Part shown: piece by piece, positions 1 through 9,185 of the stretch
Numbering within the stretch: the first letter of the stretch is position 1
Layout: every line of letters begins with the position of its first letter
Virus record (IMG/VR): IMGVR_UViG_3300035682_000015
Length of the DNA: 21,551 bases
DNA from: a virus
Lineage: Duplodnaviria > Heunggongvirae > Uroviricota > Caudoviricetes
Reading direction: 5' to 3' (one strand)
The notes under the pieces: generated by a model
Database searches by the model: none
What the model was told of the DNA's origin: nothing
The model's input: the letters and a program-made list of their open reading frames with translations, nothing else
Made by a program: the position numbers and the translations under genes

Positions 1-66
1 GGATATTTTTCAAACTTTAATCTAAGTTTTCCGATGTAAGGTGTTGTGTTTTTTATCATAATTTTA

Positions 67-74
67 TATATTTG
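67..74 (+). promoter_or_regulatory. Bacteroidetes-type sigma70 -7 element (TAnnTTTG)
   Basis: TATATTTG at 67-74, TTG at 44-46 (20-nt spacer), in-frame ATG at 79 four nt downstream. Confidence 0.6.
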
Positions 75-108
75 CCTAATGATACGAAAATTTAAAGTAT
101 TTATCAAT

Positions 109-567
109 ATGAAATTAATTATTACAGAATCTCAGTATAAAAAAATAATAAAAGAGGATACCCAAATAGAATATAATAGTGAATTCTTAGATGGTGTTAC
201 GGTTGTTGTTGTATTTGAAGATGACCCATTATATGAACAAGTTAAAGAATACTTTGAGGAATATGGTTTTGGGTTTATGGTTCCCGGTAGTGATTTAATT
301 ATTATTGATGGGCAAATATTGGAAGGACAACCAGACGCTAAAAGTATATTAAAATTTATTGAAGCTCACGAGGTTACTCACGTATTATTATCTCACGATG
401 GTCCAAGAGATGCGAAAGATGAGTTGGAAGCTGATTTAGGTGCTTACCTATTATTACAACATAAAGGATATTACGAATCTGTTCGTACATTATTAGACCA
501 TTTCCAAGAAAGACACGGAGTTGAGTTTGATGAGAGTATGTTGGACGATATAAAAGAAAGAATGTAA
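109..567 (+). CDS. HExxH zincin metallopeptidase-like protein (ImmA/IrrE-like motif) with MKLIITESQ leader
   Basis: AHEVTH followed by ELEAD. Start moved to ATG 109 (TATTTAT at 98-104); alternative start at 79. The ORF-track start at 46 is unlikely. Confidence 0.6.
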   Translation: MKLIITESQYKKIIKEDTQIEYNSEFLDGVTVVVVFEDDPLYEQVKEYFEEYGFGFMVPGSDLIIIDGQILEGQPDAKSILKFIEAHEVTHVLLSHDGPRDAKDELEADLGAYLLLQHKGYYESVRTLLDHFQERHGVEFDESMLDDIKERM

Positions 568-568
568 T

Positions 569-1150
569 ATGAAATTAATAATAACAGAAAAACAATATAG
601 ATTATTAGAGGATATCCAATCAATTCCTTTATCTAACCCAACATCATCAGTTTGTAAATCATTTTATAATAGATTTAAAAAAGAATTTCCAAATACTCCG
701 GAATATATCTTAAAGGAATTTGTTACAAATGTTATATGTGGTAATGAAGAGAGTTATAAAACTGTGATGGGACAATATCATGGAGACCCAATACCTTTTT
801 TAGGTAAAAAGATTTATGAGTATCTAAAAGGTCCTTGGAAATTACGGATAATTAATGTTAATCCTGAAGATTTTGTTGAAAATAATATAAACGCATTCAT
901 TGAAAGAGAATTTGGTGAAGTGGATGCTTATTTTGTTAAGGACGATAAAGAAAGAATGGAAACACAAAAAGAACTAGCCATCTCAACAGGTAAAAACGAA
1001 CCGATAATTGTACTTAAAGATAATCAAGGTAAGTATGAAATAGTTGAAGGATGGCATAGAACAATGTCCATATTAAAACTTGGTGATAATGGTGAGGATT
1101 TTAAAAATTGGAACAAAGTGAAGTTAAGAGCATTTGTTTCAGAAAAATAA
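569..1150 (+). CDS. ParB/sulfiredoxin-like domain protein with MKLIITEKQ leader
   Basis: C-terminal EPIIVLKDNQGKYEIVEGWHRTMSI resembles the ParB/Srx PIxV...G(H/W)HR core. Confidence 0.6.
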   Translation: MKLIITEKQYRLLEDIQSIPLSNPTSSVCKSFYNRFKKEFPNTPEYILKEFVTNVICGNEESYKTVMGQYHGDPIPFLGKKIYEYLKGPWKLRIINVNPEDFVENNINAFIEREFGEVDAYFVKDDKERMETQKELAISTGKNEPIIVLKDNQGKYEIVEGWHRTMSILKLGDNGEDFKNWNKVKLRAFVSEK

Positions 1151-1498
1151 TCTCTCAATATTTTTTTTACCTTCAATATTAGCAGAATGAACTTTAATTT
1201 TAGGTAACTCAAGAGAATTCATTCTACAATACCCTATTAACCATAATCCCGCATCATATCCGGTTCTATCTTTTATGGTATCATAATTAATATTTGTTTG
1301 GTTCTCCGGTAAATAATGATTTTGAGATAAATCATGGTCAAACGATATTACTTCAGGTAATCCGTGTTTTAAAATAGTATCAATAAATTCTAAATAGTCC
1401 TTAACTATTACCCATTCATTATTATTTTCATAAATTGGGTCAATAGTGTTTCTAAATACATCGTAAGGTTTTCGGTTATCGTCTAAAAATAATTTCAT
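1139..1498 (-). CDS. Cyclic-phosphate-processing receiver-like (cREC) domain protein
   Basis: MKLFLDDNRKP...WVIVKDY.EF...ISFDHDL...RTGYD...VHSAN..GK matches the family pattern LFLDDxR / SFDHDL / TGYD / HSAN. Start set at the ATG four nt below a TAtcTTTG promoter. Confidence 0.75.
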   Translation of the reverse strand: MKLFLDDNRKPYDVFRNTIDPIYENNNEWVIVKDYLEFIDTILKHGLPEVISFDHDLSQNHYLPENQTNINYDTIKDRTGYDAGLWLIGYCRMNSLELPKIKVHSANIEGKKNIERLFF

Positions 1499-1502
1499 AC
1501 TG

Positions 1503-1532
1503 CAAAGATAATACATTTTTTGAATTTACCAA
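1503..1532 (-). promoter_or_regulatory. Bacteroidetes-type promoter (TTG-N19-TAtcTTTG)
   Basis: Minus strand TATCTTTG (1510-1503) and TTG (1532-1530); ATG four nt downstream. Confidence 0.7.
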
Positions 1533-1594
1533 TTTTATTATAAAAAACTTTATATAAAGTAGGATTTTACCGATTTTACAGATATTTATATAAT

Positions 1595-1747
1595 ATGAAA
1601 GAACTAAAAAAACCTGAAGAAAAAAAAGTTAAAATATCAATAACTTTAAGTCCTGATTTAGATAAACGAATGGAGGACGAATTAACCAATAAATCAAGAT
1701 TGATTGAAAAATTATTAAGAGAATATTATGGAAACAAAGATTTGTAG
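1595..1747 (+). CDS. Small ribbon-helix-helix (CopG/Arc-like) DNA-binding protein, 50 aa
   Basis: Not in the ORF track. Translated by hand: MKELKKPEEKKVKISITLSPDLDKRMEDELTNKSRLIEKLLREYYGNKDL. Alternating beta strand (KISITL) then helix and NKSxLI..LL. TATTTAT lies five nt upstream. Confidence 0.7.
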   Translation: MKELKKPEEKKVKISITLSPDLDKRMEDELTNKSRLIEKLLREYYGNKDL

Positions 1748-2324
1748 TAAATGTAAGGTTGAAAAGGATTTTTGTGTGTTTATAAATTCTAAAAGAACTA
1801 AAGATGGTAAGACGAGTATTTGTAAAAAATGTAATTCTGAAAGAGGAAAAATTTACAACTTAAATAACCCTCAAAAACACAAAGAAAGAAGTAAAAGATG
1901 GTCTGAAAATAATCCGGACAAAGTAAAGGATAAAAGTAAAAGATGGGCAGAAAATAATCCGGAAAAAATAAAGAAAAAAAGAAGGGTTTATGAAAGTAAA
2001 AGAAAACAAAATGACCCTGTATTCAAAATAAAATCAAATTATTCATCATTATTATCTCGCTCATTCAAAATTAAAGGAGTTAAAAAACCAGGAAAAACAA
2101 TAGAATTATTAGGGTGTTCTATTGATTTTTTTATAATTCATTTAACTAAACAATTTACGGACGGAATGAGTTTGGATAATTACGGAAAATGGCATATTGA
2201 CCATATAGTACCTTTATCATCGGCAGGTAATGATTTACATAAATTAAAAAAATTATGTCATTACACTAATCTACAACCTCTTTGGGCAATTGATAATATA
2301 ATGAAACGAGATAAAATCTTATAG
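1728..2324 (+). CDS. HNH (homing-type) endonuclease with N-terminal zinc ribbon
   Basis: CSKC...CKKC zinc ligands; WHIDHIVPLS...HYTNLQPLWAIDNIMK HNH core; three 15-aa repeats (e.g. SKRWSENNPDKVKDK / SKRWAENNPEKIKKK). Confidence 0.85.
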   Translation: METKICSKCKVEKDFCVFINSKRTKDGKTSICKKCNSERGKIYNLNNPQKHKERSKRWSENNPDKVKDKSKRWAENNPEKIKKKRRVYESKRKQNDPVFKIKSNYSSLLSRSFKIKGVKKPGKTIELLGCSIDFFIIHLTKQFTDGMSLDNYGKWHIDHIVPLSSAGNDLHKLKKLCHYTNLQPLWAIDNIMKRDKIL

Positions 2325-2326
2325 TA

Positions 2327-2339
2327 TGACAATTTGTCA
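2327..2339. promoter_or_regulatory. Palindromic operator-like site TGACA-N3-TGTCA upstream of dnaK
   Basis: TGACA ATT TGTCA inverted repeat; extra TGTCAG half site at 2356-2361. Confidence 0.5.
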
Positions 2340-2403
2340 GTAAAGTATGTTATTGTGTCAGGTTAATTACTTTGGCACGATTTTGATAAAAAAATGTTTG
2401 TGC

Positions 2404-2432
2404 TTGACACATTCAAAATAAACATATATACT
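2404..2432 (+). promoter_or_regulatory. Canonical sigma70-like promoter TTGACA-N17-TATACT
   Basis: TTGACA 2404-2409, TATACT 2427-2432, 17-nt spacer, 21 nt before the dnaK ATG. Confidence 0.55.
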
Positions 2433-2453
2433 TAAACAAAACTTATTAAAACT

Positions 2454-4322
2454 ATGGGAAAAATTTTAGGCGTGGATTTAGGAACCACAAATTCTTGTTG
2501 TTCAATTATGGAGGGTGGAGACCCAATAATTATTGCCAATTCTGAAGGTAAAAGAACAACACCATCAATCATTGCTTTTTTAGAAGGCGGTGAAAGAAAA
2601 GTTGGTGACCCAGCAAAAAGACAAGCGGTTACCAATCCAACAAAAACTATCCACTCAATTAAACGATTTATGGGACTTACCTATGATGAGAGTAAAAAAG
2701 AACTTAAAAATGTTCCTTACTCAGTAATTAATGAAGGGTCTCAACCAAGAGTTCAAATTGATGATAGACAATACTCACCACAAGAATTATCCGCAATTAT
2801 CTTACAAAAGATGAAACAAACTGCGGAAGATTATGTTGGTGAAACAATTACAGATGCGGTTATCACCGTACCAGCTTATTTTAACGATGCCCAACGTCAG
2901 GCAACTATTGAAGCGGGACAAATCGCCGGATTAAATGTGTTAAGGATAATTTCGGAACCAACCGCGGCTGCTCTTGCGTATGGACTTGATAAAAAGGGGG
3001 ATAGTAAAATTGTTGTGTTTGACTGCGGAGGTGGAACTCACGACGTGTCTATTCTTGACTTAGGTGGTGGAGTATTTGAGGTATTATCTACCGATGGAGA
3101 CACTCACTTAGGAGGGGACGACTTTGACAGAGTCATTATTGATTACTTGATTGAAGAATTTAAGAATGATAATGTCGGTATAGACATCTCAAAAGACGCT
3201 ATGGCATTACAAAGGTTAAGAGAAGGTGCTGAGAAAGCGAAGGTTGAATTATCTTCATCTCCTCAGACAGAAATCAACTTACCTTATTTAAGTGCCGACG
3301 CTACCGGACCAAAACACTTGGTTAAAACTTTATCGAGAGCTAAGTTTGAACAACTTGCTTCTGATTTAATTAAAAGAACAATTGACCCTTGTAAAACGGC
3401 ATTGAAAAATGCGAAACTTAAGGTTTCCGACATTGATGAGGTTATCCTTGTTGGTGGAACAACAAGAATCCCGGCAATACAAGAGGCGGTTAAGAAGTTC
3501 TTTGGTAAAGAACCATCAAAAGGTGTTAATCCGGATGAAGTAGTTGCGTTAGGAGCAGCTATTCAAGGAGGTGTATTGGCTGGTGATGTGAAAGATGTAT
3601 TGTTATTAGACGTAACACCACTTTCATTAGGTATTGAAACAATGGGTGGTATTTTAACACGACTTATTGAGGCAAATACTACAATCCCAACCAAAAAGTC
3701 ACAAGTTTTCTCAACGGCCATTGATAATCAACCTTCTGTAGAGATTCACGTTTTACAAGGGGAGAGACCGATGGCTAAAGACAACAGAACGATGGGTAGA
3801 TTCCATTTAGATGGATTACCACCGTCTATGAGAGGAACTCCGAAAATACAAGTAACTTTTGATATTGATGCAAATGGTATCATCAATGTTTCTGCGGTTG
3901 ATGAAGCAACAAACAAAACACAATCAATTAGAATTGAGGGTTCAACGGGATTATCTCAAGAAGACATTGAAAGAATGAAAACTGAAGCTGAAGAAAACGC
4001 TGAAGCAGACAAAAAGGTTAAAGAGGATGTGGATACGTTAAACTCTGCAGACAACCTGATATTCCAAACAGGTAAATCTTTAACGGATTTAGAGGATAAG
4101 ATTTCTGAAGAACAAAAAACAGAAATAACAACTCTTCTTGATACCTTGAAAGAATCGCATTCTAATAAAGATGTGGAAAATGTTAAAACGATTATGGAAG
4201 AACTTACTCAAAAGTTCCAAACCATTACTCAGGAATTATACAATAGTGTAAATGAGAGTGAGACACCGGAATCAGATATTAACGCTTCGGACGTAGAGTT
4301 TGAAGAGGTTAAACCTGATTAA
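2454..4322 (+). CDS. dnaK: Molecular chaperone DnaK (Hsp70)
   Basis: [73 protein letters not shown]; acidic C-terminus DVEFEEVK. Confidence 0.98.
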   Translation: MGKILGVDLGTTNSCCSIMEGGDPIIIANSEGKRTTPSIIAFLEGGERKVGDPAKRQAVTNPTKTIHSIKRFMGLTYDESKKELKNVPYSVINEGSQPRVQIDDRQYSPQELSAIILQKMKQTAEDYVGETITDAVITVPAYFNDAQRQATIEAGQIAGLNVLRIISEPTAAALAYGLDKKGDSKIVVFDCGGGTHDVSILDLGGGVFEVLSTDGDTHLGGDDFDRVIIDYLIEEFKNDNVGIDISKDAMALQRLREGAEKAKVELSSSPQTEINLPYLSADATGPKHLVKTLSRAKFEQLASDLIKRTIDPCKTALKNAKLKVSDIDEVILVGGTTRIPAIQEAVKKFFGKEPSKGVNPDEVVALGAAIQGGVLAGDVKDVLLLDVTPLSLGIETMGGILTRLIEANTTIPTKKSQVFSTAIDNQPSVEIHVLQGERPMAKDNRTMGRFHLDGLPPSMRGTPKIQVTFDIDANGIINVSAVDEATNKTQSIRIEGSTGLSQEDIERMKTEAEENAEADKKVKEDVDTLNSADNLIFQTGKSLTDLEDKISEEQKTEITTLLDTLKESHSNKDVENVKTIMEELTQKFQTITQELYNSVNESETPESDINASDVEFEEVKPD

Positions 4323-4344
4323 CATTTTACAATAATGTTTTTTT

Positions 4345-4375
4345 AATCCCAATAATTTTTTTATTGGGATTTTTT
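4345..4375 (+). terminator. Intrinsic terminator after dnaK
   Basis: AATCCCAATAA / TTATTGGGATT stem followed by a T run. Confidence 0.8.
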
Positions 4376-4378
4376 GTT

Positions 4379-4386
4379 TATCTTTG
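4379..4386 (+). promoter_or_regulatory. Bacteroidetes-type -7 element (TAtcTTTG) heading the small-ORF operon
   Basis: TATCTTTG immediately after the dnaK terminator; no well-spaced -33 element seen. Confidence 0.55.
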
Positions 4387-4404
4387 TCCCATAAATTAAA
4401 TATT

Positions 4405-4626
4405 ATGAATGTAGTAGAATTTTTAGATTGGATTGTTGCGATGAATTTCCAACATTATAAAACAGAATCATTTCCTGATTATACACCGGATGGTTCATCT
4501 CATTTTTACATACTTGGAAGTCCGGAAAGATTTACAAGTCAGGAATTAAAGAATATTTACACAGGTGAAATGAACGATGAATTACGTGACAGATGGAATT
4601 GGGCGTTAACTGATAAAAATAAGTAA
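4405..4626 (+). CDS. Hypothetical phage protein
   Basis: First ATG after the promoter; tiles with downstream ORFs. Confidence 0.6.
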   Translation: MNVVEFLDWIVAMNFQHYKTESFPDYTPDGSSHFYILGSPERFTSQELKNIYTGEMNDELRDRWNWALTDKNK

Positions 4627-4629
4627 GAG

Positions 4630-5220
4630 ATGAAAGGTAAATTAGAAAAAATAGGCGATAAGTGGTTCATAAGGTATACGAGGTATGAAGGTGGTGGGTC
4701 TTTTAGATTACCATTACATCCAAATTTTGTGGAAATGACGGATTTTGTTTATATTAAGAATGAGAGATTTTACGATGGTGATGAAATTGACTTTATTGAT
4801 GTGTTAGTCAATCCTATGGGAAGAGATGTTGACCCAAATAATTTAGGTCAAAATCATTCTCTTTGTAAATGGTATGCCAGACCCTATTTAGATGAAAAAG
4901 ATGAACAAAAACAACATCTAATTGATATGATGAAGGGTGATGAAGAATTGGGGTTATATAAACAAATCGACCAAAATAACCTTGTCACGAAAGGTAGCAC
5001 TGCTTTAGTTAAAGAAATTAAACTTGAGGATATCTTTAACGATGAGAAAAGAGAAGGGGCTAAAAGAGTAATTCATCAACATAAAGTTTTGAAAGGTTTG
5101 TATTTAATCAACCCAGCTCATTTAATAATGACAAGTGATGGTTATGGTGAATTTCCGGATGGTTTTAAATTAACAGAAAAAGGTATTCAATACATTATTG
5201 AACAATTAAATAAAGAATAA
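4630..5220 (+). CDS. Hypothetical phage protein
   Basis: 196-aa ORF tightly packed in the operon; no motif recognised. Confidence 0.65.
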   Translation: MKGKLEKIGDKWFIRYTRYEGGGSFRLPLHPNFVEMTDFVYIKNERFYDGDEIDFIDVLVNPMGRDVDPNNLGQNHSLCKWYARPYLDEKDEQKQHLIDMMKGDEELGLYKQIDQNNLVTKGSTALVKEIKLEDIFNDEKREGAKRVIHQHKVLKGLYLINPAHLIMTSDGYGEFPDGFKLTEKGIQYIIEQLNKE

Positions 5221-5232
5221 AAAATATTTCAT

Positions 5233-5493
5233 ATGGAAGAAATTAACAACTATTGGTTTTGTGAGATTGGTCCACTACACGAGGGAGAAAGTATTGGTGA
5301 TTGGCCGTTAAGGTCTATAGTAAAAGATAAATTTGAAGAATTAACAGGCAGAGATGCCCTAACCTGTTCTTCCGGGTGGGGATTACCATATGAAATTAAG
5401 GAGATAAATTCTTTAATTAGAATTTTACATATTACAGACCCTTCAGGGGAGAAGTTAAGAAAAATAAAAGACATATTGTATGAAAGAAAATAA
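5233..5493 (+). CDS. Hypothetical phage protein
   Basis: ORF tiling. Confidence 0.6.
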   Translation: MEEINNYWFCEIGPLHEGESIGDWPLRSIVKDKFEELTGRDALTCSSGWGLPYEIKEINSLIRILHITDPSGEKLRKIKDILYERK

Positions 5494-5503
5494 AAAATAA
5501 AAA

Positions 5504-5920
5504 ATGGGTGATTATAACAAACCAAGAGTGTATAATTCAGAAATCTTAAAAGATATGATATCAAAAATTACACCGGAAGAGTTAAAGTTGGTTGAAAATG
5601 AAATGTTGGGTATGGTTGAAGAGCCCTATACCAATAAAGAAATTAGAACTTGGTGGTTAAATCAAACTGAGGAAAAAAGACGAGATATGGTTCGTGAATA
5701 TTTCAAAGGTGGAAATAGTGAAAACATCAACACATTATACGGTATAATGCCGGAAGAAATGGAGGAAATGTATAACATTAATGTTGATGTTGTTATAATG
5801 GATTGGGAAGAAATTTTATTTGATTTTATAGATTTTTACCCGTGTCAATTACCCAACGAATTATTTGAATGGTTGGAGGAAAATTACGAAATACCAAAGA
5901 AAAAAAATGGAAAAGATTAA
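5504..5920 (+). CDS. Hypothetical phage protein
   Basis: ORF tiling; overlaps the next start. Confidence 0.6.
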   Translation: MGDYNKPRVYNSEILKDMISKITPEELKLVENEMLGMVEEPYTNKEIRTWWLNQTEEKRRDMVREYFKGGNSENINTLYGIMPEEMEEMYNINVDVVIMDWEEILFDFIDFYPCQLPNELFEWLEENYEIPKKKNGKD

Positions 5921-6407
5921 AATAATATTCCTTGATATTGATGGGGTACTTAATGTGTGTTATCCTGAACATGACGAATTCGGACGTATATTCCATCCAA
6001 ATTTTGTTGATAACCTTAAACGAGTTATCGATGAAACAGATGCCAAGATTGTAATATCTTCCACTTGGAGATATGCGGGGTTAGAAAGAATGAAAGATTT
6101 ATGGGAAAAGAGAAACTTACCTGGTGAGGTGATTGATATTACACCGGATTGTAATGACTTATTCAACGAGGGTTTATTTGAGTGGTTGGACCAAATTGAA
6201 AGAGGTCACGAAGTGGAATATTGGTTGGATGAACACCCTGAAGTGGAACAATATGTTATCTTTGATGATGACAATGATTTCTTACAACACCAACGAGGGA
6301 ATTTTGTTAGAACGGGAAATAACATCAATCATCCGGACTCATTAGATATCGGATATGGATTAACAAATGAATGTGCAAATAAAGCAATAAGAATATTAAA
6401 ATCGTAA
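5907..6407 (+). CDS. HAD-superfamily phosphatase, Swiss Army Knife RNA-repair type (HAD_SAK_2-like)
   Basis: IIFLDIDGVLN, KIVISSTWR, IDITP, RGHEVEYWL, YVIFDDD. Start moved to ATG 5907. Confidence 0.85.
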   Translation: MEKIKIIFLDIDGVLNVCYPEHDEFGRIFHPNFVDNLKRVIDETDAKIVISSTWRYAGLERMKDLWEKRNLPGEVIDITPDCNDLFNEGLFEWLDQIERGHEVEYWLDEHPEVEQYVIFDDDNDFLQHQRGNFVRTGNNINHPDSLDIGYGLTNECANKAIRILKS

Positions 6408-6410
6408 TAG

Positions 6411-6593
6411 ATGAAAACAGTATTAAGAATAGTAAGTAGAGAAGGTAGTGAATATATTGATATTCCAAACCCATATAATATGACACCGAGAAAAGACGAC
6501 CATTTTGTATGGAAAGAAGAAAGTTATATGGTTTCTTGGGTTGAGTTTGATTTTGACACAAATACTCTCTATATTGTATCTGTAACAAGTTAA
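6411..6593 (+). CDS. Hypothetical protein
   Basis: 60-aa ORF tiling with 3-nt gaps on both sides. Confidence 0.55.
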   Translation: MKTVLRIVSREGSEYIDIPNPYNMTPRKDDHFVWKEESYMVSWVEFDFDTNTLYIVSVTS

Positions 6594-6596
6594 GAG

Positions 6597-6854
6597 ATGG
6601 AAACATACACAAAAGGAAACGTAATAGTTGAGGAGATTAAAGTTGGTGATATTCATTATGAATATGAGTTGGGGGTAGGGATTAAATGTGAGGTAACAAC
6701 ATTACCAACATTAAATGAAACCGGTCAATACATTTGGGAAAGTAAGAATTTGAAGACGGATAATGTTATCCAATATTTGGTTGACCCAAAATATGCTCAT
6801 TACTCGGCAAATCTATATGATTATGAAGCATATAAAGTTAATCACTATATATAA
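6597..6854 (+). CDS. Hypothetical protein
   Basis: ORF tiling. Confidence 0.6.
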   Translation: METYTKGNVIVEEIKVGDIHYEYELGVGIKCEVTTLPTLNETGQYIWESKNLKTDNVIQYLVDPKYAHYSANLYDYEAYKVNHYI

Positions 6855-6906
6855 ATGTCCGTTATTCCGAACAAAATAAAACAATACGTATTAAATAACA
6901 AACATT

Positions 6907-7065
6907 ATGCAAAACACATTTACAATAGACGAGATTAGAAAGTATATCCTATCACAGGATAGTTTGGGAGATGTCCTTTACAATTTAAGTGCTTCAAAAA
7001 TACTTGAGGCAAATGAATCGGAAGAGGAAGAAGATGATGAGGACGATTTTGATTTTACAATATAA
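6907..7065 (+). CDS. Small protein with acidic tail, 52 aa
   Basis: Not in the ORF track. MQNTFTIDEIRKYILSQDSLGDVLYNLSASKILEANESEEEEDDEDDFDFTI; stop overlaps the next ATG (TAATG). Confidence 0.6.
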   Translation: MQNTFTIDEIRKYILSQDSLGDVLYNLSASKILEANESEEEEDDEDDFDFTI

Positions 7066-7355
7066 TGGTAAATTTTGAAAATATACAAGAAGGGTGGGTT
7101 AAATTCTCACGAATACCTTGTGTGGAAGGATGTGTTGATGTTTGGTATGGTGATTGTGCTTATAATCCAAATAGTGAAATTGAACCTCGTTGGAGCCTAA
7201 ACTCATTCACAACATTTATTAGATTAAATGGTGAAGGAGAATGGTTTCCAAACGGATACAGAAGAGGGATTAAAGGGTTTGTTGGTGAAATGGCTGAAGT
7301 ATACACATCACAAGAAATTTGGGACGAAATAAGTAAATTTAATGATGAAAAATAA
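7065..7355 (+). CDS. Hypothetical protein
   Basis: ORF tiling. Confidence 0.6.
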   Translation: MVNFENIQEGWVKFSRIPCVEGCVDVWYGDCAYNPNSEIEPRWSLNSFTTFIRLNGEGEWFPNGYRRGIKGFVGEMAEVYTSQEIWDEISKFNDEK

Positions 7356-7680
7356 AGAAACACTTGAAGAGGTATTTGATAAAATAGATGATAAATTATG
7401 TAGATACTCAACAGAAGAATCAGAATATTGGAATCACTATAAAATTGGTGTTTTAGATGGTTTAAAGTGGCAACAAGAGAACTCTAATGTTGATGTTTTA
7501 GAATTTGAAATATCTACTCTAAAATCACTTATACAAGATATGGACTCAACCATTAAAAGTAAGTATAGTGAGGAAGAGGTTGTATCATTTATACATAAAT
7601 TCATAAAAGAACATCAACCTCAATTACCTTATTTAATAGGAGGAATAAATATGTGGTTTCAACAATATAAGAAGAAGTAA
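7342..7680 (+). CDS. Hypothetical protein
   Basis: ORF tiling. Confidence 0.6.
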   Translation: MMKNKETLEEVFDKIDDKLCRYSTEESEYWNHYKIGVLDGLKWQQENSNVDVLEFEISTLKSLIQDMDSTIKSKYSEEEVVSFIHKFIKEHQPQLPYLIGGINMWFQQYKKK

Positions 7681-7683
7681 ATT

Positions 7684-8082
7684 ATGAAAGGGATTATAAA
7701 AGTTAGAAGTTTTGATTCATTAAAAAAATTGAATTACAAACGAGCAAAAGGGAAGAGTATAAATATTAAATCGTTGAATACCTCAACTAGTCGGACAATC
7801 GTAACCTTAGAAAAATTGGGTCTTTTAACACCAGAGTTATTGTGGGAATTAATTGAAAGAAGAAAATATCTCTATATTGAGGAAAGAAAATTGGAATGGA
7901 TTATGAGGTCAAGAGAAAAAAACTTACCTTTGTTCTCGGAAGACGTAAATGATTATGTTAATATGCTGGCAAACACACATATAGCAATTTTAAGGGTTCC
8001 GTATGAAATACAAGATAAGTATAAAAATTACGTTTGGAAAAAAGATATAGATGGAAACAAAGAAAGTAATATTCCTGGATAA
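7684..8082 (+). CDS. Hypothetical basic protein
   Basis: ORF tiling. Confidence 0.55.
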   Translation: MKGIIKVRSFDSLKKLNYKRAKGKSINIKSLNTSTSRTIVTLEKLGLLTPELLWELIERRKYLYIEERKLEWIMRSREKNLPLFSEDVNDYVNMLANTHIAILRVPYEIQDKYKNYVWKKDIDGNKESNIPG

Positions 8083-8638
8083 TGACGGGGTTATCTGTCT
8101 CTCAAATAATTGGGGTGGACGAGCAAAAAAATGGGATAAGTTTAAAAAACTTAATCCTGAGGTGACCACCGATATGGATGCCCCGGCTGATGTTAGATTT
8201 GATGATTTTGATAAAAAGGCAATCAAGGTATTGAATCAGGTATTGGAAGAAACCGGAGCAGAATTAGTTGTGTCTTCAGATTGGAGATTATACGCCAATT
8301 TAGAAGAACTATGTGATTATTACCTTTCACAAGGAATCATCAAAAAACCAATCGATGTTACCAAACGATACATCGGTTGTGATAAACCTGACGATTTTGA
8401 GTGGGTTAAAAGAACAATGATTGAACAACAAAGATGTATCGAAGTTAGACAATATCTAACAGACCATCCCGAAGTTACGCGTTGGGCTTGTATCGATGAT
8501 TTACAATTAGGTGAAACAGATACTCAAGATAGAGAACAAAAGTGGGGATTATCCAATTTCGTTCATACACCGAGAGAAAGTGAAGGAATCAAACAATCAG
8601 GGGTTAAAGAAAAATTATTACAATTCCTGAATGACTGA
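8051..8638 (+). CDS. Second HAD_SAK_2-like RNA-repair-type phosphatase
   Basis: VIFLDNDGVI, ELVVSSDWR, IDVT, WACIDDL; same architecture as 5907-6407. Confidence 0.8.
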   Translation: METKKVIFLDNDGVICLSNNWGGRAKKWDKFKKLNPEVTTDMDAPADVRFDDFDKKAIKVLNQVLEETGAELVVSSDWRLYANLEELCDYYLSQGIIKKPIDVTKRYIGCDKPDDFEWVKRTMIEQQRCIEVRQYLTDHPEVTRWACIDDLQLGETDTQDREQKWGLSNFVHTPRESEGIKQSGVKEKLLQFLND

Positions 8639-8649
8639 TATTTATCAGT

Positions 8650-9159
8650 ATGATTCAATACTTCACAGAAATTCTTAAAACATTTTCAACAGCCCAACGT
8701 ATTTGGGCTTTGATTATTTTATGTGTATCCGTCTTTTTTATAACATTCGGTTCAGACATAATCGACGCGTTAAAACCGGACCCCACACAACAAATTTTGG
8801 TTATTGAGAGACAAAAAAAAATGATTACATCTCTTAACACCCAATTGGATAGTTTGTCCTTTAGAGTTGATGATTTGACTCAGGAAGTGATTAACGGACA
8901 ATCAGAATGTTCCCATAAAAGGATTCAAAGAGAGAAAGAAATAATTTCTCAAATTGATGAGTTAGAAAATATGTTGAGAGGTAGTGTTAGACCTCATCAA
9001 ATGATTAGAAATCATGGTACGGGTTCTTCAAATTCTAATGTAACGTTAGATACTGTTAGAATTGTACGTGATGAACCAAGATATGTTGAGGATGATAATT
9101 CCGAAAAAATAATTAAAGGTCTGTGCGACCTTAAAAATAAGATTAGAAATAAGAAATAA
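8650..9159 (+). CDS. Membrane-anchored coiled-coil protein
   Basis: One hydrophobic segment (IWALIILCVSVFFITFG) followed by a heptad-like region; TATTTAT four nt upstream. Confidence 0.6.
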   Translation: MIQYFTEILKTFSTAQRIWALIILCVSVFFITFGSDIIDALKPDPTQQILVIERQKKMITSLNTQLDSLSFRVDDLTQEVINGQSECSHKRIQREKEIISQIDELENMLRGSVRPHQMIRNHGTGSSNSNVTLDTVRIVRDEPRYVEDDNSEKIIKGLCDLKNKIRNKK

Positions 9160-9185
9160 AAAACCCCCTCGTTAAAGGGGGTTTT
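9160..9185. terminator. Bidirectional intrinsic terminator between convergent genes
   Basis: AAAACCCCCT / AGGGGGTTTT stem. Confidence 0.7.

Noticed and set aside
1845-1980. 45-nt tandem repeats within the HNH gene
   Set aside because: They are explained by a coding 15-aa helical repeat and are not an independent DNA repeat element.
6855-6938. 27-codon ORF MSVIPNKIKQYVLNNKHYAKHIYNRRD
   Set aside because: It is very short, overlaps the better-supported 6907-7065 ORF, and has no supporting features.
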